From: Sphagnum compactum
Taxonomy: Eukaryota
Length of the DNA: 64,000 nt
Assembly: GCA_965153455.1 (NCBI GenBank)
Contig: OZ234493.1
Location: 15,800,213 to 15,864,212, forward strand
Direction: 5' to 3'
The first letter of the stretch is position 1. Every line of letters starts with the position of its first letter. Below, piece after piece: positions 25,626 to 36,570 of the stretch. A program made the position numbers and the translations under genes. The notes under the pieces were generated by a model. That model searched no databases and was not told the DNA's origin. It saw nothing but the letters and a program-made list of their open reading frames with translations.

Positions 25626-26159
25626 TTGATGAAATCACATTTTGATGAAATAAATATGCAAAGCATTTCAAGTGTTGGTGGAATATATATAACAACCCTG
25701 TTTTAGTATCAAGCAGCCCTGTTTTTGGTGTGAAAGTTTGCACTGTTGCCAAATTTTTGGCAGTTTTTTTTTTTTTTTTTGGTCTCAAATTTAAGAATTA
25801 TTTTTTTAAAGGCGAAATTTCAAAAAATAATAATAATTGGCAGATTTCTAGACATGGTTCAATTAGGTAGCAAGAAAACATAAGGATATTTTTAAAAATT
25901 CATTTCAAAAAGTGGATACTATATATATATAGTAGCAAATCATCTTTGTATTCAAGATTAAAGGAAATGAGACCACACACAAAAATTTAAAGCAAATCCT
26001 TTAAGTCTAAATAAATAAATAAATAACAAACAAACAAACTTGAAGACCAAATATTAAAAAAGCCTGTGAAAAAAATACACAGAAGTGAAAGAACTGAATA
26101 TTTAAAAAACAATAAAACCAGAAGTATAAGCAGTCTTCATTCATTTTATCGTTTACAAT

Positions 26160-26400
26160 TTTGTGATGTAGCCAAACTGGCAATCATCCACAAGAATATT
26201 TAGTCAAATTTGGCTATAGACCAAATAAGAAAGTAGGAAATTTTTAAGAATCCTTTTATATTTTGGCTACCTGCAGGAACATGTTGTAGAAATCTGGGCC
26301 TCTATCTTTAAAAACTTGAAATTTGATGAATTGGGGCCATTTTTCCACTAAAAACTCCTTTATAGGTGTAAAAATCATATTTTTCAGGTCCAAAAATAAT
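26160..26400. repeat. Dispersed repeat family member (TTGTGATGTAGCCAAACT...TTTGGCTA...); related copy at ~29745-29950
   Basis: 26161 TTGTGATGTAGCCAAACTGGCAATCATCCACAAGAATATTTAGTCAAATTT aligns with 29745 TTGTGATGTAGGCAAACTAATGATAATCCACCAAAAGATTTAATCAAATTT; both continue to TATTTTGGCTACCT. Confidence 0.6.
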
Positions 26401-27480
26401 AATAAATTACCCCCCCCCCCTCCCCCCACCCCCAAAAGAAAAAAATTAAAAATCAAAAAATAAAACACTGGGACACACATTAGAATAGTAGTTAGAATAG
26501 ATAGGAACACAAGTATTGTCATGTTCTTTAATTTTTTAGATAACTAATGCAACAAAAATAGGGTGCCCACATGTAGGTCCCAATAGCCAGAAATAAGATA
26601 TTATTTTATAGTTGGTTGGATTTTGGTGGGTACAATTTTGGACTTGGAACCAAAAAGTTGTGGGGTGAGAGCTGGGGACCTAAAATTGTACTCTTTTAGG
26701 CTGCTAAATTTCAAAATTAAAAATTAGAGAAAGAATTGATTTTTTAGGTTTTCATTCGCCAAAAGTGAGACCCAAAATTAAATTAAATTAGATTAAAATT
26801 GCCAGATTCATATATTTGGTTTTCATTGTGTAGCCAAAAATATAGAAGGATGATTAAAGATTTGAACTTTATCTCTCATTTATAGCCATATTTGGCTAAA
26901 TCTTACTAAAGATGAACACCATTTCTTCTCCATCTTCCTATGGATGATCGCCACTTTGGCTACAAATGAAAATTCCTTGAAAAACAAACCCTCAAAATTT
27001 TTGAGGTTTTTAGTTTTAGCCATGGTACCTACCAGTGTAAGTGCTGGTTGACTCACCTAAGGTTAAATGGTACCTTACTATGGTATCTATCTGGTTTCAT
27101 CATTTCTCATGATTTTGTTTGAACTTGCCATAAAGGAGAAAAACAATTACACAATGAAATCCCCCCCCCCCTCTCTCTTCCCACCTGCCTGACACTTAGT
27201 ACCAGATTGCCCCTTCTAGTGGAACTGGAAAGCTAAGGGGAAAAAACACACACATAAGTACACTCTATCTGCTCCCCTCATCAACATAAGCAATGATCTT
27301 TGTTTTTGGGTTGCTTTGTGCATCAACAATAGAAGAGAATTGAATTGATGTTGTTCCAATGTTGGGGTTGCAAAAGAGTGTGTCCATTGATTGATGATGG
27401 TGTTTCCAAATAGGTTATGGAAGAAAAATTTACAAATCATAAAAGACCTACTCCCATTATTTTAGTGTGTAATTGGAGGT

Positions 27481-27791
27481 CATGGCAAAACCCTACACCC
27501 TAATTAGTGAAAGGTCATGGCAAAACCCTACAACCTAATTAGTGAAACACCATGGCAAAACCCTACACCCTAATTAGTCAAAGGTCATGGCAAAACCCTA
27601 CACCCTAACTAGTCAAACACCATGGCAAAACCCTACACCCTAATTAGTCAAAGGTCATGGCAAAACCCTACACCCTAACTAGTCAAACACCATGGCAAAA
27701 CCCTACACCCTAATTAGTCAAAGGTCATGGCAAAACCCTACACCCTAACTAGTCAAACACCATGGCAAAACCCTACACCCTAATTAGTGAA
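27481..27791. repeat. 35-bp minisatellite, 9 copies, alternating A/B variants (70-bp higher-order unit), containing AAACCCTA
   Basis: CATGGCAAAACCCTACACCCTAA(T/C)TAGT(C/G)AAA(GGT/CAC) starts at 27481, 27516, 27551, 27586, 27621, 27656, 27691, 27726 and 27761. Confidence 0.95.
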
Positions 27792-27798
27792 TTTTTGA

Positions 27799-27975
27799 CA
27801 ACTACACTTTCTTGTGTTGTGTAACAAAAAATTTCAAATTGAGGTTCCCAAAATTGGTTTTCTCCTACACCCTAAAACCTTAACAACTTTAGGGAGTGAA
27901 GTTGTACAACTACACTTTCTTGTGATTATGTGTAACCAAAAAATTGCAAATTGAGGTTCCCAAAACTGGTTTTCT
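27799..27975. repeat. Direct duplication of a ~65-bp segment
   Basis: ACAACTACACTTTCTTGTG...AAATTGAGGTTCCCAAAA.TGGTTTTCT at ~27799 and ~27905. Confidence 0.8.
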
Positions 27976-29266
27976 TAAGAGACTTAAGTTTTATTCTAAG
28001 GTGCATTTAAGACTTTGTTTGGGCAATCTCACTTGAATGCATGGTAAACAAAAAAAGAAAAAAGCTTGTGTTGAAATCTTCTAGTTGATTGAGTCAGTAA
28101 GTATTCAAAAACCCAACAATTAGTAAGGCATTATTATTTAGAGCACCTCAAATTCCAAATTCCCCCAAGAGGGTGAAAACTTACTTACAAGAGTTATATA
28201 TATTCATCTCTTAAGGCTTGTCAGCTACTTTTCAAATGGGTTAGGGTTTTTGGAATGGACCTTCTTGGGTTTAGGGTTTTAGGGTCCCCTCTTTTTCCTT
28301 GACATAGTAATAATAATAAATCTAGTAGGTAGATTTACCCTTTTTTTTCTTTCCACCTAAATAAATAAATAAATTTAAATAAATTTATAAAGGATAATAA
28401 GCTCCTTTCTTGATTTAGAAAAGAAAAAAGCATGCCCATGGTATTTACCTTCTTTTTTTTGTGAAAAATAGGATATTATCATTATTATTTATTTATTTAT
28501 TTACTAGGTTTCTTTCTAAACTCCTTTTATTTCTTTTTCTTTTTTAAATAAATTTCTTCTTCCTTCCTTTCCTTTCCTTCCTTCCTTCAACTGTTATCAC
28601 TACTGTCAACCTCTATAATAAATAGAGAGGCTGGAATTGAAATCAATGTGGGGAAGAGCATTGAATGTGCTACAAGCTAAGACTTTAATGTCATCTGGCA
28701 GTTTTATTTTCTGGGGGGGGGGGGGCGGTGGTGTGTTTTGAAATAATATCCCCAACTGTACATTATTGTAAGGTAATGAGCCTTTTGTTTATTTATTTAT
28801 TTATTTATTTATATTTATTTATTAAGTGCCTTTATTAATGAGGCACACTTTACAAGACAAAAATACAGAACATCTATTTCCAGTTTTTTTCTACAGAAAT
28901 CATCATCATCATCATTTATCATCCTCATCATTATCATCAGTTTAATAGATTCTCAGTGAGTCCTTTATTTTTCTGTTGAAATTTTGCTGCAGAGAATCCC
29001 ATTTTGCAGAAGGGCTCTCTCTCTCTCTCTCTCTCTCCCTCCCTGGACAATAAGCTAGGTTTTCATCCATCCTTGGAGAAGAATCAGTCATAAAAAACCA
29101 GTCATGCCTTCCTTCATCCACATCATAAAAATTGACATAAGCAGCCCCCTTATAATGTACACTAATCAAACCATAAATAAATAAATAAATAAATAAGTGA
29201 TATGGATGACACTACAACAACTTTCCACTACCCATCCAATTTTATTAGGGTTAAACCCCTCCCGTG

Positions 29267-29310
29267 CCCTAAACCCTAAACCCTAATCCCTAAATTCTAA
29301 ACCCTAAACC
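29267..29310 (+). repeat. Short interstitial plant telomere-like tract (CCCTAAA)n, ~6 degenerate units
   Basis: CCCTAAACCCTAAACCCTAATCCCTAAATTCTAAACCCTAAACC. Confidence 0.75.
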
Positions 29311-29999
29311 TGGGCACAAAACAATCTACATTACTTTGCTAGTGTATCTTTAGAGTGTGTCACAAAGCATGAAATGCTTGTGAGCTTTTTGAAAAGAGTA
29401 ACACCCGCACAGAGATTGGAAGTGGGCATTTCATTTGGGTTTGTTTTTTTAATTGTGGGTACCGACTAGGTATGACCGGAATTTTTTTTAAAAAATTGAT
29501 GGTGGTTTTTACACCATGTAAATCCCTAGTCCTAGGGCTTTACCCTACACATAAAACATGGGAATCTTGAAAAATAAGCCCCCCACCAAAAAAAAAAGCT
29601 TAAACCCCTATGTACCAATAGCCACAGTCCAAGATGGATTCAAACAAACTTGTCGAAGGCATGGGCCATTGGATAAACCAAAGTGAATTTCAACAAATTA
29701 AGGAATGAGACATTAGGAATTAGTTATTGTGCACCATATCCATTTTGTGATGTAGGCAAACTAATGATAATCCACCAAAAGATTTAATCAAATTTTAAGG
29801 ATAGACCAAACATGAAATTAAAAAAATTTAAGAAACCTTTCATATTTTGGCTACCTATTGGAACCCCACTATAGAAATGTTACAAGTTTTTAATTTTTGA
29901 AATTTCACAAAATAGGGCCATATTTTTTTCACAAAATCCCAAGAATTCATGTTTTCAGCTTTAAAAATTTAAAAAAAATGAAACAAAAGAATTTGATTG

Positions 30000-30450
30000 T
30001 GCATCAGCTATTATTATAACCTCCAATTAAACCTTAATACTAGTTATCCTTCAGTATGGACCAAAGAAAGCAAAGTGAATTTGAACATCTGTTTGCAACG
30101 AATGAGGAATCAAACAAAGCAAAGCAAAAAGAGTGAATCCATCAACAAATTGGGCATCAATTAGTATCATAACCTCCAATGAAACCTTAAGGTTAACTAA
30201 CTTTAATATGGGGCATTGGATAAAACAAAGTGAATTTGAACAAAACCATGTGTGACCAATGATGAATCAAACAAAGCAAAATGAGCAAATCCATGTGCAT
30301 ATGCATACAACCAATTGAGCATCAACTATTATCATAACTTTCAAGTAAACCCTAAGGTTACTTAACTTTGAAATAGGGGGCATTGGATAAAGCAAAGTTA
30401 ATTTGAACAAATCCATGTGCAAATTCCAATGAGGAATCAAACAAAGCAAT
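30000..30450. repeat. Degenerate tandem repeat, ~155-165-bp unit, ~3 copies
   Basis: GCATCA..TA.TAT.ATAAC.T.CAA..AAACC.TAA...AAAGT.AATTTGAACA...AATGA.GAATCAAACAAAGCAA recurs near 30001, 30154 and 30319. Confidence 0.7.
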
Positions 30451-31011
30451 CCAAGTGTTGAGTTGAGAGAAGGGGCAAGAAACAAACCAGAGCAAATTGT
30501 TGGGAACTAGGCTATATGGACGCCAAAACAAACCAAGCAATTGAATTGAATTGAAGTGAAGTGAAGTGAAGTGAGGCTTACTTTAAATGACATGATTTCT
30601 TATAAGTAGCACATGTTCAAGGTCTGACAATATTTTCAAAACTTGTAAAATAATTTGTTCCTGAGCTGGTGTAAGTAAGTAGAAGCCTAGCAACATAAGG
30701 AGGAGGGAATTGAGTTTAATCATATGATGATGGTTTGTACTATTGGACATCCACATTGGGTTAAAAGAAAGAAAGAATGTTGGGTGTCAAGGTTGTTGGA
30801 GGCATGCAAATAAGTAGAAAATTGTAGTCATGAGGGAGGGAGGTAGGGAGGGAGTGAGGAGATGATAGTAAGGTAATAAGACAAACAATTACACCTGTTT
30901 GAGTTGAGGCTCTCTCCCTTGAGGTCCAACAAAAGGCTTGTCAGCCCAACTTACAATTTTGCAAATCTGGCATTCATGTGTCCATTTTGGCAGTCGTTTT
31001 ATGATACTGGC

Positions 31012-31042
<31 letters not shown>

Positions 31043-31169
31043 CTCTCTCTCTCTCTCTCTCTCTCCCTCCCTCCCCAACTCTTGCAAGTCAGCTTAAATC
31101 CTCATTGGAAATAAATGGCACATGCTAAATCATAACTTGGTGTGGTACGGCTATTAAGAATTTTTTTCT

Positions 31170-31562
31170 TCGTGAAGCACTTGAAGAAAATTCTTACATG
31201 TATTTGGAATTTTGTGAATATCCATTCCGGAAAAGAGGAGGATTTAAAAGAGGAGGATTTTTTGTGAAGCGCTTGAAGAAAATTCCCAAGTATATTCGGA
31301 ATTTGTGAATATCCATTCCGAAAAAGAGGAGGATTTTTTGTGAAGCGCTTGAAGAAAATTCCCAAGTGTAATTCGGAATTTGTGAATATCTATTCTGGAA
31401 AAGAGGAGGATTTTTTGTGAAGCGCTTGAAGAAAATTCCTTTAGTGTATTCGGAATTTGTGAATATCTATTCGGGAAAAGAGGAGGATCTTTCATGAAGT
31501 GCTTGAAGAAAATTCCTAAGTGTACTCAGAATTTGTGAATATCCATTCCAAAAAAGAGGAAG
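31170..31562. repeat. ~76-78-bp tandem repeat, 5 copies
   Basis: GTGAAGCGCTTGAAGAAAATTCCCAAGTGTATTCGGAATTTGTGAATATC(C/T)ATTC..AAAAGAGGAGGAT recurs near 31172, 31263, 31340, 31417 and 31494. Confidence 0.92.
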
Positions 31563-31888
31563 AATATTATGTATTAATATTACATCTATTCCTTAAGAGT
31601 GCGAGGTCCAGTTTTTTTTTTTTCCCCCCCCCTTTTTGTGGCCGTCACTTGGTGACAATAAAAAAAGGCATGTAATTCATACAAAGGATTTTTTTGAAAG
31701 GAATCCCCCAAATTTGCCAAATTTTGAGGAAAGAATAATTTGAAACTGTCATATATCATAGGATGTGGCCAAAATATTGCAAGGTTCCAAAATTTTCTAC
31801 TTTCCTCTTTGAAACTTGAGACAAATCTGGCTACTAAGTCCTCTTGTGGCATGATTGACGGTCCACCTACATCCAAAATTGAAGAAAA

Positions 31889-32007
31889 AAAATCATGGTG
31901 GGAGGTATCTTACACTTATAAGCCTCTTCCTATTATAAAATAATAATTCCTATTATAAATCATGGTGGGAGGTATCTTACACTTATAAGCCTCTTCTTAT
32001 TCTAAAA
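31889..32007. repeat. Direct duplication of a ~50-bp segment
   Basis: AAATCATGGTGGGAGGTATCTTACACTTATAAGCCTCTTC.TATT.TAAAA at ~31889 and ~31957. Confidence 0.85.
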
Positions 32008-34769
32008 TTTGTTTGAATTTTTCAATGACAAAGGTTATTCAAAATTGAATATCTTCTCCATCTTCGGTCTAGAATTTTAGAAAACTACCTCCAAAAAATC
32101 CCACTCATTAAGGACTTTCCAACAATACCAAGAGCTCACCACAATTTCTGTTAAAAAAAAATTATTTTTGATTTTTAAAATTTTCTTTGACAAAGTTGTT
32201 GAATATTCAAAAACTCTTGCACCATAGATCTAAATATTATGAAACCGTCGCAATGCACCCCTACTCATTGAGGGCTTTCCAAGGGTGCCAAAAGCATGGT
32301 GGGGAGGGCAGTCGGGTTTGGGAGATCCACCAAACAATCTACCTATGTTGTCCTTAGAAAAAAAATAATGGTCTGCTCTGAGTCCAAAATTTAACATTTC
32401 CAGGGTTAAATGTAACCACTTAGAGGCCTCATGCAAGAAGGTGAAGATGCCAATAGTAGGTGCTGGTCCAGCCTAACCCTACTCAGGAACCCTAATTGGG
32501 AAAGCTGAGAATATTTCAAAATGGATCTCCAAATTATCAAGCAATGTGAGTTGTTGATGAACACACTAGGTTGAATCATGCAGCAACAAAAGACAATAAT
32601 AGCAAAGCAAATGCAACCTCTCCCATACTTCTGATTACTCACTGTAAGCCACCATGATCTGGTTGGCTCAAATTTCAGAGGATGTACCATCTCTCAACTG
32701 GTTGAGAGTTGTTGGAGGGCATGTTGCTTGCTTTACATAAGACAGATATCCACATCAATCCGTGCAATAGAGTGATAGTGCATTCATACCCACAATTTGG
32801 TCCTGAGAATGATCCCTATGAAGTGACTTATTTAACCTGAGAATGGTGAAGTGAGTTAGGGTCAAATTGTGACTACCGCCTTCCCTCCCCACATTCTCAA
32901 TCACCCAACACAAAGAAAGCTACCCTGCAACACCTAGTTGAACACACCAAGCTCAAGCATTAGCTCCAAAAAAGAGACAGCAGATTGAGAACAAACTTTA
33001 CTTTGACTATGTTAGCTTCTAGAAATCTCATATAGCTAGAGCACAAATTTAGTTCAAACTATGGTGGCAATGGGCACCCCTCCTTCCCTTAGCCTTCTGA
33101 TGTCTAAGTGGACTCCACTTGCACTGAGCTCATTGTAAACATTCCTACTCCAGAAGCATCAACAACTGCCATTTTGAATTATAGCAGCTACAGTACAAAC
33201 TTGCCTTTTGCATTAACTTGCCGAATGTATCTTTATCTGAATAAGTCTGCCGATGAAGTTCACTAACAGGAACTGGATTTGCACCATGCAGGATTCTAGT
33301 GCTTCAGCTGCTACAACTGTCCCCTCAAAATTTCTCACAAGTAAACATTATCTTCTCTCAATAGACGTGAGTAACGAGCAAAGCAGGATTGCAATGAAAC
33401 TTCAAGATTAAGATCAATATGGCCATTGTAGCAAGAAGCACTTACTCCAAACCAAAGCCACAAGCTTCCACAAGTGTGTCCCCAGTGAATACTTAGTGGC
33501 ATGGTGCACCTACAACTCAAAAGGCTCTTCTTGCAGAGCTGCAGTAAACAGATAATATGCAAACATGCATATGTTTTGACACCCACCTACTGCTCTTCAC
33601 CTCCCCACACTTCACCTGTATATCACAAATGATTCCTCCTGAATTGATGTCTTTGCCTGAACTTTGGCTAATTGTTGGCTTGCACGTGGTCCTGGGGCTC
33701 CAAAACCTCTTGCAAAGCAAAGAAAAGCTTGCTTAAAAGTAAGCAATGATGCCAAAAAGGAGAAGAGACCAAGAAATATTTTGGTGTCTCCATGCTTGCT
33801 GCAGTTTCCAAAGAACATGTGAGATTTCTTTACAAAACCTGGGAAGAGATAGAAACTTCAGCAGAGTCCGTACTCCCTGCATCCCTGATCACAGGATTCC
33901 CCTCCAAGAACCACTGGAACAGGGACAGAAGAATCATAGTTGAAGCAGCAGCTCCTCTGTGCTTTTCAGCTAACACTTTGGAACACCTGATGGTCTGTCA
34001 TTCACCAAGTGGCATGCTGCAAGGATGCAACAGCAGGAGTCCAGTTTTCCATGTTTGGAGCCAGACAGGCACAAATGTGAGCTTGGAAGCAAGTGAGAAG
34101 CATAAAAAGAAAGTGGAACAGGGACAAAAGGACAATGAGAAGACTTCCAGAGTGTACTCCATGACCACCTACATATTGCCTGGATCGTGTAGCCCTCAGC
34201 CACACATTGATATTCTCCAACTTCAATAACAATTTTATGAACCTTAGATCCTGATGAGGTACCCAGAAGGAACATGCAGAAATCTCACTTCCACATTCAC
34301 TAGAACCAGAAGAAGTTGGATCTCTTGTCAGAATGTCTCCTCACCCTTAGGGTTTTGGCTTGCTTACTTTGTTGAACATGGACCTCGTAGACTACTGAAA
34401 TTCTGTATTCTAAGAGAAAATTTGGCAACACTACTGATATGTACTGTAATAGAAGCCGCATTAATGGAACTCTAGTTAAGAGATGATTGTTGCTCTCTCC
34501 TGCACGGTTCTAGTAGTAGCCAGCAATTTGTACTCTTGGGCAGCATTTTTCCCAATGGCCAAAGGAAGCCGAAGATATACCACATTATCTGATCACAAAG
34601 AACACATGTCAAATCACACATTAACCTCAGCATCTGTGTGTCATCCTTCAATAAAAACTGCACAACCAATTCTGTTGAACAGAGAGATCAAACTATTGCA
34701 CATGTAGAAACTACCCAAGAGGAAAGTGCAGAACAGCATGCAGCTAAATCCCATGAATACAACTGGAGA

Positions 34770-35615
34770 AAAACTGCATGCTTTCTCACAACAATCTGCT
34801 GCTCCACTGAGCCCTAGAAAGCTTGAAAGCCAAAAAACACAAGCCCCCAACACGAAACCACACAAAAAACAGTGAATTGCTCACAAAAATACCCTGCAGC
34901 ACTGAACCCTAGAAAGGTTGAATCCCTAAAAACACAAATCCTTGACATGAAACCAAAAAAACAGTGAATTACACACAGCAATCTCCTGCACAACTGAACC
35001 CTAAAAAGCTTGAAACCCTAAAAAAAAACACAAGCCCCCAACATGAAACCGCACAAAGAACTGTAAATTGTGCACAACAATCTCCTGCACCACTGAACCC
35101 TGGAAAGCTTGAAACCCTAAAAACACAAGGCCCCAACATGAAACCGCACAAAAAACTGTAAATTGTGCACAACAATCTCCTGCACCACTGAACTCTGGAA
35201 AGCTTGAAACCCTGAAAACCCTTGACATGAAACCACACAAAAAACTGTAAATTGCACACAAAAATCTCCTGCACCACTGAACCCAAGAAAGCTTGAAACC
35301 CTGAAATCACAAGCCCTTGACATGAAACCACCCAAAAAATGGAAAACTTCTGACAACAATCTGCTGCTCCACTGAACCCTAGAAAGCTTGAAACCCTAAA
35401 AGCACAAGCCCCCAACATGAAACCACACAAAAAACTGTAAATTGCTCACAACAATCTCCTCCACCACTGAACCCTAGAGAGCTTGAAACCCTAAAAACAC
35501 AAGCCCTTAACATGAAACCACACAAAAAACTGTAAATTGCTCAAATAAATGACCTGCACCACTGAACACTAGAGAGTTTGAAACTCTAACACAAGCCCTT
35601 GACATGAAACCATTG
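34770..35615. repeat. ~95-bp tandem repeat, ~9 copies, immediately 3' of the TIM17 ORF (inside a predicted intron)
   Basis: CAATCTCCTGCACCACTGAACCCTAGAAAGCTTGAAACCCTAAAAACACAAGCCCCCAACATGAAACC.CACAAAAAACTGTAAATTG recurs near 34792, 34888, 34979, 35078, 35174, 35263, 35357, 35452 and 35548. Confidence 0.92.
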
Positions 35616-35652
35616 AAAGCACAAAGCACTTTGCGCCCTGACTTTCGTTCAC

Positions 35653-36369
35653 TTACTTCAGATCGAACCCTGGAGTTGGAGGGGGAGGGTTTGCATCGAA
35701 ACTATCCAGTGTCTCGCTCCTGGTGGACTGACTCTCCTCCTTTTTCCCTCCAAACCATCCACCAAAGAATCCGCTTCCACTTGCCGTCTCCGGCTTTGCC
35801 GCCGCTGCTGAAGATTGCGGCTCCGTGTAGGGTTGCGAGAACTGCGACGACGGCGAACTCCCTGGAAAGCCAGCGTATGGTCCGCCAGCAAAGGTACCCC
35901 CTGGGGCTCCAGCCACCTGTGGCATCTCTTCCATAGGCGGTGGTTGTGCAAGGTTAGCCGTAACTCTGTTGAGCATGATCCCGGCTCCTTCAATCAACGC
36001 AAGCAACACACCACCGAAGATTGCAGATCGGGACGCAGATTTCATACCCGCTCGAAGTGAGAGAAAGCCTCCAGTGGCAGCACCGGCGCCTATGGAGTTC
36101 CAAGGATCTTCCTTCTGACGAAGATAGACAAAAGTACAATCGAATGTGCTGAAAAGACCTCCCCACACCGCGAAGCTGCCTCCGATTCGCGGCGCATTGA
36201 TCCGCACCGCTTGTGTACCTCCCAGCAACCGCTGCCCTCGAGGCGAGTTCTTCATGCCTCTGATGAAATGCCAGGCTGATCCTCCCACTGCCCCCATGCT
36301 AAACGCCCCGCCTATGTCGTCCAGTATTCTATCTGGACATGGCTCTCTCGCATGATCCGGCGTCGACAT
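35653..36369 (-). CDS. TIM17: Mitochondrial inner-membrane import translocase subunit TIM17 (plant TIM17-2-like, with C-terminal extension), 238 aa
   Basis: MSTPDHAREPCPDRILDDIGGAFSMGAVGG...APRIGGSFAVWGGLFSTFDC..VYLRQKEDPWNSIGAGAATGGFL...FGGVLLALIEGAGIMLNR is the Tim17 signature; the tail GFFGGWFGGKK...SFDANPPPPTPGFDLK resembles plant TIM17-2. ATG at 36369 (the ORF-track start at 36501 is a TTG). The stop may instead be at 34585-34587 after splicing (see findings). Confidence 0.97.
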   Translation of the reverse strand: MSTPDHAREPCPDRILDDIGGAFSMGAVGGSAWHFIRGMKNSPRGQRLLGGTQAVRINAPRIGGSFAVWGGLFSTFDCTFVYLRQKEDPWNSIGAGAATGGFLSLRAGMKSASRSAIFGGVLLALIEGAGIMLNRVTANLAQPPPMEEMPQVAGAPGGTFAGGPYAGFPGSSPSSQFSQPYTEPQSSAAAAKPETASGSGFFGGWFGGKKEESQSTRSETLDSFDANPPPPTPGFDLK

Positions 36370-36557
36370 AATAAGCACCTCCCAACGCTGCTCCTCGGAA
36401 ACTGCTGCTGCTACCACCACCGCCTCCACAGTTCCACTGCAGAGCTCTTCGAGAAGATCCTCCACCAAGAGACAACACGAAGACGACGAAGACGACAACA
36501 ACGACGACTCGGATCTGAAGCAGCGCTCGCAGACGAAGACGACAACGGCAGCGACAA

Positions 36558-36570
36558 TTAGGGTTAGGGC
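36558..36570 (-). promoter_or_regulatory. Telo-box-like motif (CCCTAACCCTAA) in the TIM17 leader/promoter
   Basis: TTAGGGTTAGGGC on the + strand, ~190 bp upstream of the ATG at the edge of the GC-rich leader. Confidence 0.5.

Noticed and set aside
24369-27791. 35-bp repeat arrays as CRISPR arrays
   Set aside because: Units are head-to-tail with no unique spacers, there are no cas genes, and the context is eukaryotic.
28942-29169. 75-aa ORF or possible miRNA locus next to a (CT)n tract
   Set aside because: Non-ATG start, spans a microsatellite, and shows only short direct repeats with no fold-back.
33150-34480. Gene-like composition with scattered splice-like sites downstream of TIM17
   Set aside because: I could not build a consistent reading frame or recognise a family. 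It could be an extended UTR, lncRNA or pseudogene; RNA-seq or BLASTX would be needed.
34964-35430. Repetitive ORFs in the 95-bp array (and likewise at 31102-31495 and 62289-62885)
   Set aside because: Translations of tandem repeats whose frames shift between units.
36370-36501. 44-aa N-terminal extension of TIM17 in the ORF track
   Set aside because: It starts at TTG, is low-complexity UTR-like sequence, and homology starts at MSTPDHAREPCP.
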